From an uncultured virus (IMG/VR IMGVR_UViG_3300024255_000007) (Duplodnaviria; Heunggongvirae; Uroviricota; Caudoviricetes): DNA of 62,635 nucleotides. Shown here in pieces: positions 38,901-49,100 of the stretch; the first letter of the stretch is position 1, and each line of letters starts with the position of its first letter. The notes under the pieces are model-generated. The model saw nothing but the letters and a program-made list of their open reading frames with translations. It made no database searches and was not told where the DNA came from. The DNA lies in the IMG/VR virus record IMGVR_UViG_3300024255_000007; one strand, given 5' to 3'. The position numbers and the translations under genes are program-made.

Positions 38901-40527
38901 CGCACAACTTGAAGAAATACTAATTGACGATAACTTTATTACTACAACTACATCAAATGCTGATTTAGAATTACGTGCAAACGGCACTGGCGATATATTG
39001 TTTACTGAAAATACAGTAATACCAAACACTATGTCCTCGCCTAGTATGGATACTAATAATATTGTTAATTCTCAAATTATTACTTCTAATAAATTTTCTA
39101 CAACTGATAATAATATAACAATAGACGACAATTTTATTACTACAGAATTGTCAAATAGTAATTTAGAATTACGTGCTACTGGAAATGTAGTTTCTCAAGA
39201 AAACACTATTATAAATCAAAACTTAACTGTAAATGGCGATACTGATTTACAAGACACAACTATTACAGGTACAATTACGTATGTTGGGGATAATAATCAA
39301 ACTGGTAATTTAAATTTAACAGGCGACATTAATTTAAGTGGTAATTTTAGTATTACAAACCAACCATTCCTATTTGAAGATATACTTATTGATGGAAATG
39401 TATTAACTACTACTCTTAGTAATAGTAATCTAAGTCTAGAATCTAATGGCACCGGCACTGTAAATTTTGATAGTAATGTTAATGTAACAAATAATTTAAC
39501 AGCAAGAGATATAACAGTAACTGACATTGTTATTAATGACGAATTTGCTTTAGAAAATATGGTAAGTGCAACAGATGTGCAATTATTTGATAACGTAATT
39601 ACCACATCAAACTCTAATTCAAATTTAGAATTACGTGCAGCAGGTACAGGATTTGTTGAGTTACAAAATATTAAATTTAACGAAAACGTAATATCAACAA
39701 CAGATAGTACTATAATACTTAACACAACTAATATAGATATACAATCAAATAGTTCATTACAAATACCAGTTGGAGATATTTCACAAAGAATACAAAGATT
39801 AGCAGATGAGATTATTGATGGCGGCGATGCTGACGATATACTAATAACTGTTTATGACGGTGGTGATGCAACCACAATATTTGGACCAAATGATTTAATA
39901 TTAGATGCTGGAGTTGCTCCAGTACCGTCGGGAAACTTAGGCGATATACGTTATAATAGTCAACTTGGTCTATTTGAAGGCTTCAGTCAAGATTTACAAT
40001 ACTTTGGCGGTGTGTATAGTGCAAATTCACGAACAAACGTATCAACAACAACTAATAATACTGTAGAATTTAATGTTAATAACAGTCTAGTAGGGACATT
40101 AACGTCTACAGAGCTATCTATGACTGGTTTAGACGTCGACGCAATATCTATTAGAAATAACAACATAGCAATATCAGGTGCAAATGATTTAACGTTATCT
40201 CCGCCAGGGACAGGTATTACTATACCAAACGGCTTAAAGTTTGATAATAACATAATATTAAATGAATCAGCAACAGGTCTAGTTATCGGTCAAACAGGCT
40301 TTGGATATACAAAAATTAATTCAACAACAGGTGTAGTTACTCCAGTAGGTGACGAAACAAACAAAGGTGCAACACCGCAGCAAGGTGAAATACGTTGGAA
40401 TACAGCACTGGAAATCCAAGAAGTTTACAATGGTACAGAATGGATTGCAGCTAGGGGTATTGTTGATAATGTTAATGCTTCAGAGTTTGAAGAAATTATT
40501 GATTTTTGGACTCTAGTTCTAGGGTAA
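35953..40527 (+). CDS. Long repetitive fibre/appendage protein with pectin-lyase-like (DUF1565-type) domain
   Basis: 1524 aa; 'YYVSTNGD...G.....PFLTI..A...A.AGDTI...PG.YEE' followed by many 'DNFITT..SNADLELRANGTG' repeats. Confidence 0.75.
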   Translation: MSQVGRISGPLLQENLIRNGIDLSFETDLIYLDVSSGRVGVKTNSPSNELQNSQTTRSTNLIVDTEANFPILNFTNSTVQPFGGTNNIVLDARHNITANRVKTDNLLIDDDRISTYTTDTNIELRPNGTGITEFNNLWVENNLNVTGDVRLDGDVTFGNADTDSITFDADVTSNIIPDADVTYNLGTPGKRWQTIEARLLNGQDIDAQVALIGNVNIGTRPGNLYYVSTNGDNANVGDHPQGPFLTIAHAASQASAGDTIHIAPGEYEEICPITVPQGVTITGLDLRNTIVKPTQATNANNIFLLNGESSVTNLTIKDFYTGYAFSFAPNATVTSRSPYVQNITVLTRGSVTSASDPRGFAQGDAGKGALVDGASVLSTSKDASMLFHAVTFITPGVDALTMTNGVKVEWLNSFTYFANRGLYAVNGSTGHLSTDGSTVDYGAEIRSIGSANVYGNYGAVADGSDTLMYLIQHNMAYVGVGKYSDNDPSRVIQSQEISKLNSGNIYYQTVNHAGNFRIGDNFFINQDTGESSIVINEGQVQGFGRLRATTNGNVTIIDGEEVSTGNLLFNQNTISSVIGDINVDAFGGDINLLDNTNVTGDVDITGDLTFDGQLNLMGNQASDTLKFNVNFDQDINPNITSSYDLGSLNKKWNGIWLTEAQIDDIHIEDNFITTDSSNADLDLRANGTGDILIPNNNVQVDNNLTVSGDTDLQSLDVTGNIQLVGDKNTTGNISITNLNLDGNLVSGSQVQLEEILVDGNVITTTTLNADLELRAAGTGTINTSEQVQINNNLSLSDLSAPNSIITVTDNVRFDTANITNVVIQGNKITHKPSVGNDYLRLMNVTNISADTIVQNNVIVNGTTDIDNVTVNGNITQTGNKTQTGNYTLAGEFSNSNLYIEDNFITTTESNSDLELRANGTGDILIDTDDTVTISNNLTVGGVLQYNGFLQINGDVTLQGNIQDGNLTITEDFNVTGNLDVTGNAQLEEILIDDNFITTTTSNADLELRANGTGDILFTENTVIPNTMSSPSMDTNNIVNSQIITSNKFSTTDNNITIDDNFITTELSNSNLELRATGNVVSQENTIINQNLTVNGDTDLQDTTITGTITYVGDNNQTGNLNLTGDINLSGNFSITNQPFLFEDILIDGNVLTTTLSNSNLSLESNGTGTVNFDSNVNVTNNLTARDITVTDIVINDEFALENMVSATDVQLFDNVITTSNSNSNLELRAAGTGFVELQNIKFNENVISTTDSTIILNTTNIDIQSNSSLQIPVGDISQRIQRLADEIIDGGDADDILITVYDGGDATTIFGPNDLILDAGVAPVPSGNLGDIRYNSQLGLFEGFSQDLQYFGGVYSANSRTNVSTTTNNTVEFNVNNSLVGTLTSTELSMTGLDVDAISIRNNNIAISGANDLTLSPPGTGITIPNGLKFDNNIILNESATGLVIGQTGFGYTKINSTTGVVTPVGDETNKGATPQQGEIRWNTALEIQEVYNGTEWIAARGIVDNVNASEFEEIIDFWTLVLG

Positions 40528-40549
40528 TCACCACTTATTTCCTACATAC

Positions 40550-40673
40550 GATAAATACTATTAATGCAGCATACGACCATTAATGTTGCAGGGTCAAACT
40601 GTGGTTAGCCAGCAAAGAGCGAAAGCTGAAAACTTAGGCTAGAGGGACAGGATCCCCGTGTTAAGGAGAAGAG
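40550..40673 (+). promoter_or_regulatory. Late promoter GATAAATA plus structured 5' leader
   Basis: Box at 40550-40557, several hairpins and a possible pseudoknot, then an AAGGAG SD. Confidence 0.6.
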
Positions 40674-43600
40674 ATGGCTGTTGGTCGCATATCCGGTCCG
40701 CTTTTAAAGTCAAATTTAATTCGTAATGGAATTGATTTAGCTTTTGAGACGGATCTTTTATACCTAGATGTATCTAACGGTAATCCAGCTAATCATAAGA
40801 TTGGTATTAAAACTGTTACTCCGTCACACGAATTACATATTAATGGTACAACCCGAACTAATAATTTACTTGTTGATACACAAGCAGATATTGCTGATAT
40901 TACTATTACTGGCAATACTATTTCTAGTGCAAACACATTAAATTTATTAACTACAGGTACTGATACAGTTGTATATCAAAGGCAACTAGACATTCAGAGT
41001 CTATCACTTTATGACAATGTTATTGAAACTAATGAGTCAAACGCAAACATTGAATTACGTCCAAACGGCACAGGTCAAGTTGAAGTTTATTCAGATTTAC
41101 AAGTTAACGGCGATGTTGACGTAAGTGGTAATGTTACAATTGGCGGCAATATTACACTTGGTGATGCAGACACAGATTCACTAACTTTTGATGCAGACGT
41201 AGCATCACACATTATACCAGACACAACTGACACTTATACACTAGGTACTCCTACAAAGCGTTGGGATAACATCTATGTAAACAGTTTTGTTGTTGATAAT
41301 ATCGACACACAAGACTTAGACGTAGGCGGTGTTGACCTTGGATTACGTCCAGGTAACTTATACTATGTATCTACTAACGGTGACGATACAAACACTGGTA
41401 CACACCCTAATGACCCTGTAGCAACACTAGCTTATGCAGTTAGTATTGCAAGTGCCGGCGATACAGTTTATCTATACCCTGGAACATACGAAGAGATATT
41501 TCCACTTACTGTTCCAGTAGGAGTAACAGTAAAGGGTCACTCATTAAGAAGTGTTACAATTACACCTACATCTGGTACAAATACAAATGATGCATTTTTA
41601 CTTAACGGTGAAACAACTGTTGAAGATGTAACAATAAAAGATTTTTATAGCCCAGGCTATGCATTTAAATATGCAAACAATATGCTTGTTTCAAGCAGAA
41701 GTCCATACATAAGAAACGTAACGGTTATTACAAAAGGTAGTGTATTAACAGCTGAAGATCCTAGAGGCTTTAATCAAGGCGATGCAGGTGCAGGTGCATA
41801 CTTAGATGGTAGTGTTGTTAACGCAAGCTCAAAAGAAGCAGCATGTCTATTCCACGCAGTAACGTTTATTACACCGAATGTTAACGCACTTGTAGCAACA
41901 AATGGTGTTAGAGTAGAATGGTTAAATTCTTTTTCATACTTTGCTGATAAAGGTGTATACGCCTTAGACGGCACAGCAGGAAAATACAACGACGGTAAAA
42001 CACGTATTAGATTAAGTGGCTTATCTGGAACTGCGCCAGCAGCAGCACAAACTGTAACATTTACATCAACTGATAGTTCAACTGTTGTTGGTCCTTTAAC
42101 AATTGAAAGTGTCGAAGGTGGTGACATACTTGTTATAGATAGTAAAGTTACTGGACTAATTGGATTTGATACTACACCAGCAACTATTGCATTTAGCGGC
42201 AGCGGCACTGCTACAACAATTGAAAATCTTGATGTAAGAGACTTTGGTGCTGAAATTAGAATGATTGGTTCAGCTAGTGTTTACGGTAATCAAGGATTAG
42301 TAGGAGACGGACCAGGCGTATTAGTTTATGCTATTGGACACAATCTTGCATACATTGGTAACGGTAAAGAAGTTACTAATGATCCAGGCACAGTTATACA
42401 AGCAAATGAAATAATAGAATTAAATGATTCTAAAATTAGATATAACTCTGTTGACCACGACGGCGACTTTAGAGTAGGCGATTTATTCTTTGTAGACCAA
42501 CAAAGCGGTACAGTTAACTTTGCACTTAACAGTCTAAACATTGATATTACTGACGGTGTAACGTTTAATACAAACGGAAATACAAGTTTTGTAAATGGTG
42601 AAAAAATTGAAATAGGCAATTATCGACTTAGTGGAAATACTATAGAAACACTAGCCGGTGATGTAAATATTGACGCAAACAGCGGAACAATAAATCTACA
42701 AGATAATGTAAATGTAACAGGTAATTTAGATGTCACAGGTAATGTTACAATAGGCGGTAATATTACAATCGGTGACGAAGCAAGCGATACTATCCAATTT
42801 GTTGCAGGCATTGACAGTGACATGATTCCTAGTGAAACTAGTCAGTATAAATTAGGAACTGCGTCTTTACGCTGGAGAAATTTATATGTAGATCAAGCTA
42901 ATATTGACGACATTGAGATACAAGATAACTTCATTACTACAACTACGTCAAATGCTGATTTAGAGTTACGTGCTAATGGCACTGGCAAAATATTAATTCC
43001 TAATAATAATGTACAAATTGATAATGACTTAACTGTAAGCGGCTCAACTAACTTACAAGGTACTACTATTTCAGGTACAGTTACTCATGTTGGCGATACA
43101 ACACAAACTGGTAACTTAGGTATTACTGGCAACTTAACAGTTACACAAGATGTAGATGTTACAGGATCTGCACAGTTTGAAGAAATATTAATTGACGATA
43201 ACTTTATTACTACAACTACGTCAAACACTGATTTAGAATTACGTGCAGCAGGCACAGGAAAAGTTTTAATACCTAACAACGATGTAGAAATTACAAATAA
43301 TTTAGACGTAACCGGTGATATTACAGCTGACAACATTACTGCATCACAAACAATAAATGCTACAGTATTCCAATCAGATGATATACAAATCCTCGGTAAT
43401 ACAATAACAACAACACTTTCTAATAGTGATTTAGAATTAGGCACAAGCGGTACAGGTAGTGTTATTATTAATAATGACACAACAATATCACAAAGTTTAA
43501 CTGTAAACGGTAGTACTGATTTAGATGATGTTACAATTAACGGAAGTGTTATTCAAATTGGTAATACAACACAAACTGGTAATTTAACATTACTAGGAGA

Positions 43601-45407
43601 ATTTACTAACGGTAATATATTAATTGAAGATAATTTTATTACTACAACTGAAAGTAATTCAGATTTAGAACTACGTGCAAGCGGCACTGGTAATATACTA
43701 ATTCCTAATAACGATGTTAGAATTACTAATAACTTATTTGTTAGTGGCGATGCTACACTTGGCGACACAACATTAACTGGTAACGTTGCAATTACAGGTG
43801 ACATTACACAAGCAGGTGAATATACTGTTAACAATAATGTTAATGTAGGTAATAATTTAGATGTTACAGGCACAGCGCAGTTTGAAGAAATATTAATCGA
43901 CGACAACTTTATTACTACAACTACATCAAATGCTGATTTAGAATTACGTGCTAATGGCACTGGCGACATTCTTATTCCTAGTAATAATCTTGTAGTTAAT
44001 AATAACACACAAATTACAGGTCAACTTACAACAACAACTATTGTAAATAGTGGTGTTGTTACATCTGATCAATTTACTACTGGCGATGTATTAATTGACG
44101 ATAACTTTATCACTACTACTCAAACAGACAGTGATTTAGAATTACGTGCTAATGGCACTGGTGAAGTTGTAGTACCTAGTAATAATGTTATACTAGAACA
44201 AAACTTAACTGTAAACGGTGATACTAATTTACAAGACACAACTATTACAGGAACAACTACACACGTAGGTAATACTTCACAGACTGGCGATTATAATTTA
44301 ACAGGCAATCTTACAGTTTCCGGCGGTGTTAATATTACTAGTGCAATGCAATTTGAAAATATACGTATTGCAGGGAATGTTTTAGAAACTACTCTTTCAA
44401 ATAGTAATTTAGACTTACGTGCAAATGGTACAGGCGTCATTGAAATACCAAATAATAATGTTGTTATTAATAACGATCTAAATATTGTTAGCACATTATT
44501 TGTAGAAGATATTGATGCATCTGGGACTATTACTGCAAATAGATTTACTACAGGTGATATTTTAATTGATAGTAATTATATTACTACAACAAATTCAAAC
44601 AGTAATTTAGAACTAAAAACAAGTGGCACTGGTAATGTAGTAATAGATAATTTTGAAATATTTGATAGTACAATAACATCAACTAATGACATTATATTAG
44701 ATCCTGGTTCTGAACATGTAATAATTGATTCCACTGGTGCGTTGAATATACCAGTAGGTTCTACAGGTACTAGACCAGCAGTACTAGCAGCTGGACAAAT
44801 TAGATACAATACTTCTTTACAGAGATATGAAGGATACAATGGATCTAATTGGGTAATACTACAAGGCGTTGAAGATTTAGACGGTGATACTAAAATTACT
44901 GCAGAACTAAACGAAGGTGATAATGACGGAGTAATACGTTTTTACAGTCAAAATGTTTTAGTTGCTGACTTAGATTCAGATAGATTAAATGTTAATAAAT
45001 TAACCGTAGATAATATTACCATAGACAACAATGAGATAAGTAGTAGTGCAGATACAGATTTATTATTAACAGCCCAAGGTACTGGTTCGGTAAGATTTGA
45101 AAATTTTGGAATAAAAAATAATACTATTACAAACACAGTTTCTGATAGTATTACATTATTCCAAAATACTAATAATGGTTATGTCAAATTTGACGGAACA
45201 TTTGGATTAGTTTTACCGGTAGGTACAAGTCCTCAGAGACCCGGCGTTGGTTATAGAGAAATAGGCATGACTCGTTTTAACACTGAAGACCAAAGGGTTG
45301 AAGTATTTGATGGTGTTAACTGGGTAAGTGTCGCAGGTTCGCAAGGGGGTCTAACTCCAGCAGACGCAGAGGATCTTGCAATTGAAAAGGTATTAATATT
45401 CGGATAA
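40674..45407 (+). CDS. Long repetitive fibre/appendage protein, paralogue of 35953
   Basis: 1577 aa; same N-terminus (VGRISGPLL..NLIRNGIDL.FETDL.YLDV), same domain order and repeats. Confidence 0.75.
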   Translation: MAVGRISGPLLKSNLIRNGIDLAFETDLLYLDVSNGNPANHKIGIKTVTPSHELHINGTTRTNNLLVDTQADIADITITGNTISSANTLNLLTTGTDTVVYQRQLDIQSLSLYDNVIETNESNANIELRPNGTGQVEVYSDLQVNGDVDVSGNVTIGGNITLGDADTDSLTFDADVASHIIPDTTDTYTLGTPTKRWDNIYVNSFVVDNIDTQDLDVGGVDLGLRPGNLYYVSTNGDDTNTGTHPNDPVATLAYAVSIASAGDTVYLYPGTYEEIFPLTVPVGVTVKGHSLRSVTITPTSGTNTNDAFLLNGETTVEDVTIKDFYSPGYAFKYANNMLVSSRSPYIRNVTVITKGSVLTAEDPRGFNQGDAGAGAYLDGSVVNASSKEAACLFHAVTFITPNVNALVATNGVRVEWLNSFSYFADKGVYALDGTAGKYNDGKTRIRLSGLSGTAPAAAQTVTFTSTDSSTVVGPLTIESVEGGDILVIDSKVTGLIGFDTTPATIAFSGSGTATTIENLDVRDFGAEIRMIGSASVYGNQGLVGDGPGVLVYAIGHNLAYIGNGKEVTNDPGTVIQANEIIELNDSKIRYNSVDHDGDFRVGDLFFVDQQSGTVNFALNSLNIDITDGVTFNTNGNTSFVNGEKIEIGNYRLSGNTIETLAGDVNIDANSGTINLQDNVNVTGNLDVTGNVTIGGNITIGDEASDTIQFVAGIDSDMIPSETSQYKLGTASLRWRNLYVDQANIDDIEIQDNFITTTTSNADLELRANGTGKILIPNNNVQIDNDLTVSGSTNLQGTTISGTVTHVGDTTQTGNLGITGNLTVTQDVDVTGSAQFEEILIDDNFITTTTSNTDLELRAAGTGKVLIPNNDVEITNNLDVTGDITADNITASQTINATVFQSDDIQILGNTITTTLSNSDLELGTSGTGSVIINNDTTISQSLTVNGSTDLDDVTINGSVIQIGNTTQTGNLTLLGEFTNGNILIEDNFITTTESNSDLELRASGTGNILIPNNDVRITNNLFVSGDATLGDTTLTGNVAITGDITQAGEYTVNNNVNVGNNLDVTGTAQFEEILIDDNFITTTTSNADLELRANGTGDILIPSNNLVVNNNTQITGQLTTTTIVNSGVVTSDQFTTGDVLIDDNFITTTQTDSDLELRANGTGEVVVPSNNVILEQNLTVNGDTNLQDTTITGTTTHVGNTSQTGDYNLTGNLTVSGGVNITSAMQFENIRIAGNVLETTLSNSNLDLRANGTGVIEIPNNNVVINNDLNIVSTLFVEDIDASGTITANRFTTGDILIDSNYITTTNSNSNLELKTSGTGNVVIDNFEIFDSTITSTNDIILDPGSEHVIIDSTGALNIPVGSTGTRPAVLAAGQIRYNTSLQRYEGYNGSNWVILQGVEDLDGDTKITAELNEGDNDGVIRFYSQNVLVADLDSDRLNVNKLTVDNITIDNNEISSSADTDLLLTAQGTGSVRFENFGIKNNTITNTVSDSITLFQNTNNGYVKFDGTFGLVLPVGTSPQRPGVGYREIGMTRFNTEDQRVEVFDGVNWVSVAGSQGGLTPADAEDLAIEKVLIFG

Positions 45408-45411
45408 TAAC

Positions 45412-45741
45412 ATGGCAGCAATTTTAAAAAACAAAGTAATAAAAAACATAGGTGTTTTACCTGTAGATATATTTGAAACAGATGTTACACAGCGAGCAAC
45501 GGTAATTGGCATGAGTATTACAAACTTAACAACAAGTTTTGTTTATGTAGATGTACTAGTGCAAGATGACAGTAGTGTAACTGGATACTATTTGAAAGAA
45601 ACATTATTGCCTGCAAACACAAGTCTACGTGTAGTAGCAACAGGTGAAAAATTGATACTTGCACCTAGTAATAAATTACAAGTAAAATCAAGTGTAAGCG
45701 ATAGCGTAGACGTTATCGTCAGCTTTGCGGAGATTGTATAA
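45412..45741 (+). CDS. Small beta-rich structural protein
   Basis: 109 aa, paralogous to 34991 and 60425. Confidence 0.7.
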   Translation: MAAILKNKVIKNIGVLPVDIFETDVTQRATVIGMSITNLTTSFVYVDVLVQDDSSVTGYYLKETLLPANTSLRVVATGEKLILAPSNKLQVKSSVSDSVDVIVSFAEIV

Positions 45742-46172
45742 TGAGTCATTTTATAGGGAATACACCAGAACAAGTAGCAAACGGATTTATCAAAAGATAT
45801 TTTTACGGTTTACGTAGAAATGATGATGGCGAATTGTTTTTAGTTAGAGTTGACCAATTACAAGGCGGCGACGAAAATGTTGTTGTTATTAACGATTTAG
45901 GTATTGAAGAAGAAAACTTTCCAGACTTTGAAGAAGGTATTGATTTCTTAGACGGTGTAGGTACAGATGGTGCAGTTGTATATCCAAACTTACGTTATCC
46001 ACAACTTAAATGGGACGGTAGAAGCTTAATATATTACATAGAACAAGATACAGGATTTCTTGTTCAACGTATTTCCGAAGGGTATGATTTCCCACAAAAT
46101 ATAAGTTCGCCTGGTTATGGCGAAGGCAAAGATAGCGAAGTAATTACTTCAAACAGTACAACAGATTATTAA
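45741..46172 (+). CDS. Hypothetical virion protein
   Basis: 143 aa, TAATG-coupled within the structural operon. Confidence 0.7.
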   Translation: MSHFIGNTPEQVANGFIKRYFYGLRRNDDGELFLVRVDQLQGGDENVVVINDLGIEEENFPDFEEGIDFLDGVGTDGAVVYPNLRYPQLKWDGRSLIYYIEQDTGFLVQRISEGYDFPQNISSPGYGEGKDSEVITSNSTTDY

Positions 46173-46183
46173 AGGTTTGACCA

Positions 46184-49100
46184 ATGGCAGAATTTAAAAT
46201 TGATAGATTTAAGTATAACTGGAAGGGAGATTGGGCTCCAAGTTCAGATTATAAACGAGACGATATTGCAAGGATAAACGGTAGATCGTATGTGTGTATT
46301 AAAGGTCACACATCATCAGGTGATTTTGGCAGTGACTTAAATGCTACAATACCTAATAGTGTTCCGCCGCAACCAGATCCAAGATGGATCGTAATGACTG
46401 TAAGTAAAAGTTTTATCGGCGAATGGGTAACTGCTACAAATTATAACAAGGGCGATCTTGTTTTAAATGGCGGTACTGTTTGGCTTTGTATTGAAGCACA
46501 TAACGGGCAAAGTTTTGCAACTGAAATTGCAAACTGGGAAGTATTTACTAAAAGCATTAGTTTTGTTTCTAACTGGACACCTAATACTACATATGCACAC
46601 GGTGCTCTTGTAAAGTATAACGGATATGTTTACAAATGTCTAGTAGCACATATTGGTAGTGCTACTTTAGAAGACAACCAAACAGATTGGTTAGAATTTC
46701 ATGTAGGTGACGAATATAGAAATTCTTGGATAACTGAAACCGTTTATAGAAAAAATGATATTGTAAGATATGGTGCTTCTGTGTTCCGTTGTACAGAAAC
46801 TCATACTTCGGGTGTTGTGCAACTTGATGATACAAAGTTTACATTAGAATTTCCTGGTACACAGTTTGACGGTGAATGGTCAAGTTTAACTGCATATAAT
46901 TTAGGTGATATTGTTAGATATGGCGGACATGTGTACTACGCAGTTGCAAACAATATTGATAGCGACCCTAGCAGAGTAACAGCTGGTTATACATCAGGTG
47001 GCGACAGTACCCAAGATTGGATTGTACTTGCAAAAACATATAATTTTAGAGGCGACTGGGATATAACATCTCCTTACAAAACAGGTGACATTGTTGTACG
47101 AGGCGGCTATCTATACCAAATTCTAAGAGATGTTAATATTAACGACGGCGACGATAGTACGTTGGTTTGGCAAGACCCAGAAATATACGAACTAATTATA
47201 CCAGGTAAAAAGTTTGTTGGTCCATGGAGTACTACAGGATATTATGCAGTTGGTGAAATAGTATATCATCTAGGTACTGCATACTTTTGTAATTTTGAAC
47301 ACCAAGCAACTGCTGAAAACTTTCCAGGCGATAACGGAAGCGGCTACGATTATTGGGATATACTTGTACAAGCAGGACAGCCAGGCGGACTTCTAGACAA
47401 GGGTGATTTATTAACATTTGGTTTAAGTAGAACAGGTGCTGATGACGGTAGTACTGTAGGAGACACTAGATTAAAAATAGGCGACGAAGTAGGACAAGCA
47501 TTATCTGTTACTACTGATTTAGATTTATTTTGGAGAAACTTTTTAACTGATAGCGATGTTATATATGTTAGTAACGAAGGAATAAACAGACCAGGTTACG
47601 GTAGAACTCCTTTGCGCCCATTTAAAACAGTTAAGTATGCATCCGAATTTGTTGAAGATAATTTTATAGCTGGCAATCCAGTAAAAATATCAATAGCAAC
47701 AGGCTATTACGAAGAAATTGGTCCAATAACAGTTCCAGCAGGTTGTGCAATAATGGGAGACGAATTAAGATCTACTACAATTGTTGCAAACCCTAGGAAA
47801 CAAGATTACTACGATAATTATAACCAAGTACAAGATTATTTAACATTTACTGAAACATTTATTCTTGACTTATTATTAAATGTTCCAATCACACCATTAA
47901 CAGGTAATACCGAAACACAAGTTTTAAATGGTCCTTTTGGTTCGGAAGACGTAGCACAACGATGTGTTGAATTATTTACAGACTATAAAAATAATGTAGA
48001 ATTTAACGTGTTTACTGGAGAAATTAGTCCAGTAATGACCGGATCTAATACATTAAACGCAGACACTAATTTTGTTAATGGTGGCGAAAATATTAGCCAA
48101 AACATTATTTTTATTAGTGGACAAATTTATGCGTTCTTACTACAAGAAGGGTTTACTGTAGACAAAGACACAGTGTACGAAGATGTAAATTCTATATTTA
48201 GAGGCCTTGCAAGAGATTTGAAATATAGCGGAAACTATGCAACTTTACTTGCATCGAGACGATATATAAATGCTGCCAACGGATCACAAAACGATGATCT
48301 ATTTTGGGTAAGAGATACTACAGGAATTAGACAATGTACATTAAAAGGATTAGTCGGAACGCTTAATCCTCCAGGTGTATTTGACTTATACCAACGTCCA
48401 ACAGGTGGTGCATTTGTTGCATTAGATCCAGGTTGGGGACCAGATGATAGTCGTGTATGGATTAATAATAGATCACCTTATATCCAAGGCGTAACAAATA
48501 TTGGCAGTTCTTGTGTAGGTAAAAAAGTAGACGGCAGCCTACATAACGGCGGCAACAAGTCTATGACATCAAACGATTTTACCCAAGTACTAAGTGACGG
48601 TATTGGCGCTTGGATAACCAATGGGGGCAGAGCAGAACTTGTTTCTGTGTTTACATATTATTGTGCTGTAGGATATTTTGCTGAAGACGGCGGAATTATA
48701 CGTGCTACAAACGGCAACAACTCTTATGGTGATTACGGGTCAATTGCAGACGGAAACGATCCAACAGAAATACCTGATACAGCAACAATATGGAATAGAA
48801 ATAATCAAGCTTTTGTAGACACTGCTGATTCCGGTGGAACAGTAGATAGTATAGCATTGTTTGAATACGAGCATTGTGGCGAGAACTATAAATCAGCATC
48901 GGCTACAATTACAGGTGCCGGCGCTGGCGTTAATGTAGAATTTGATGACTTTAGAGATGGCTCATTATATAATGTTAGACTTATAAACACTAAAGGATCA
49001 GGAAGCGAAGGCGGTACAAATTATCTAGTAAGACAAGGTAACGCCCAAGAAACTTTAGATGCAAGCCAATACTTAAAATTAAGTACAAGTGATGCAACAC

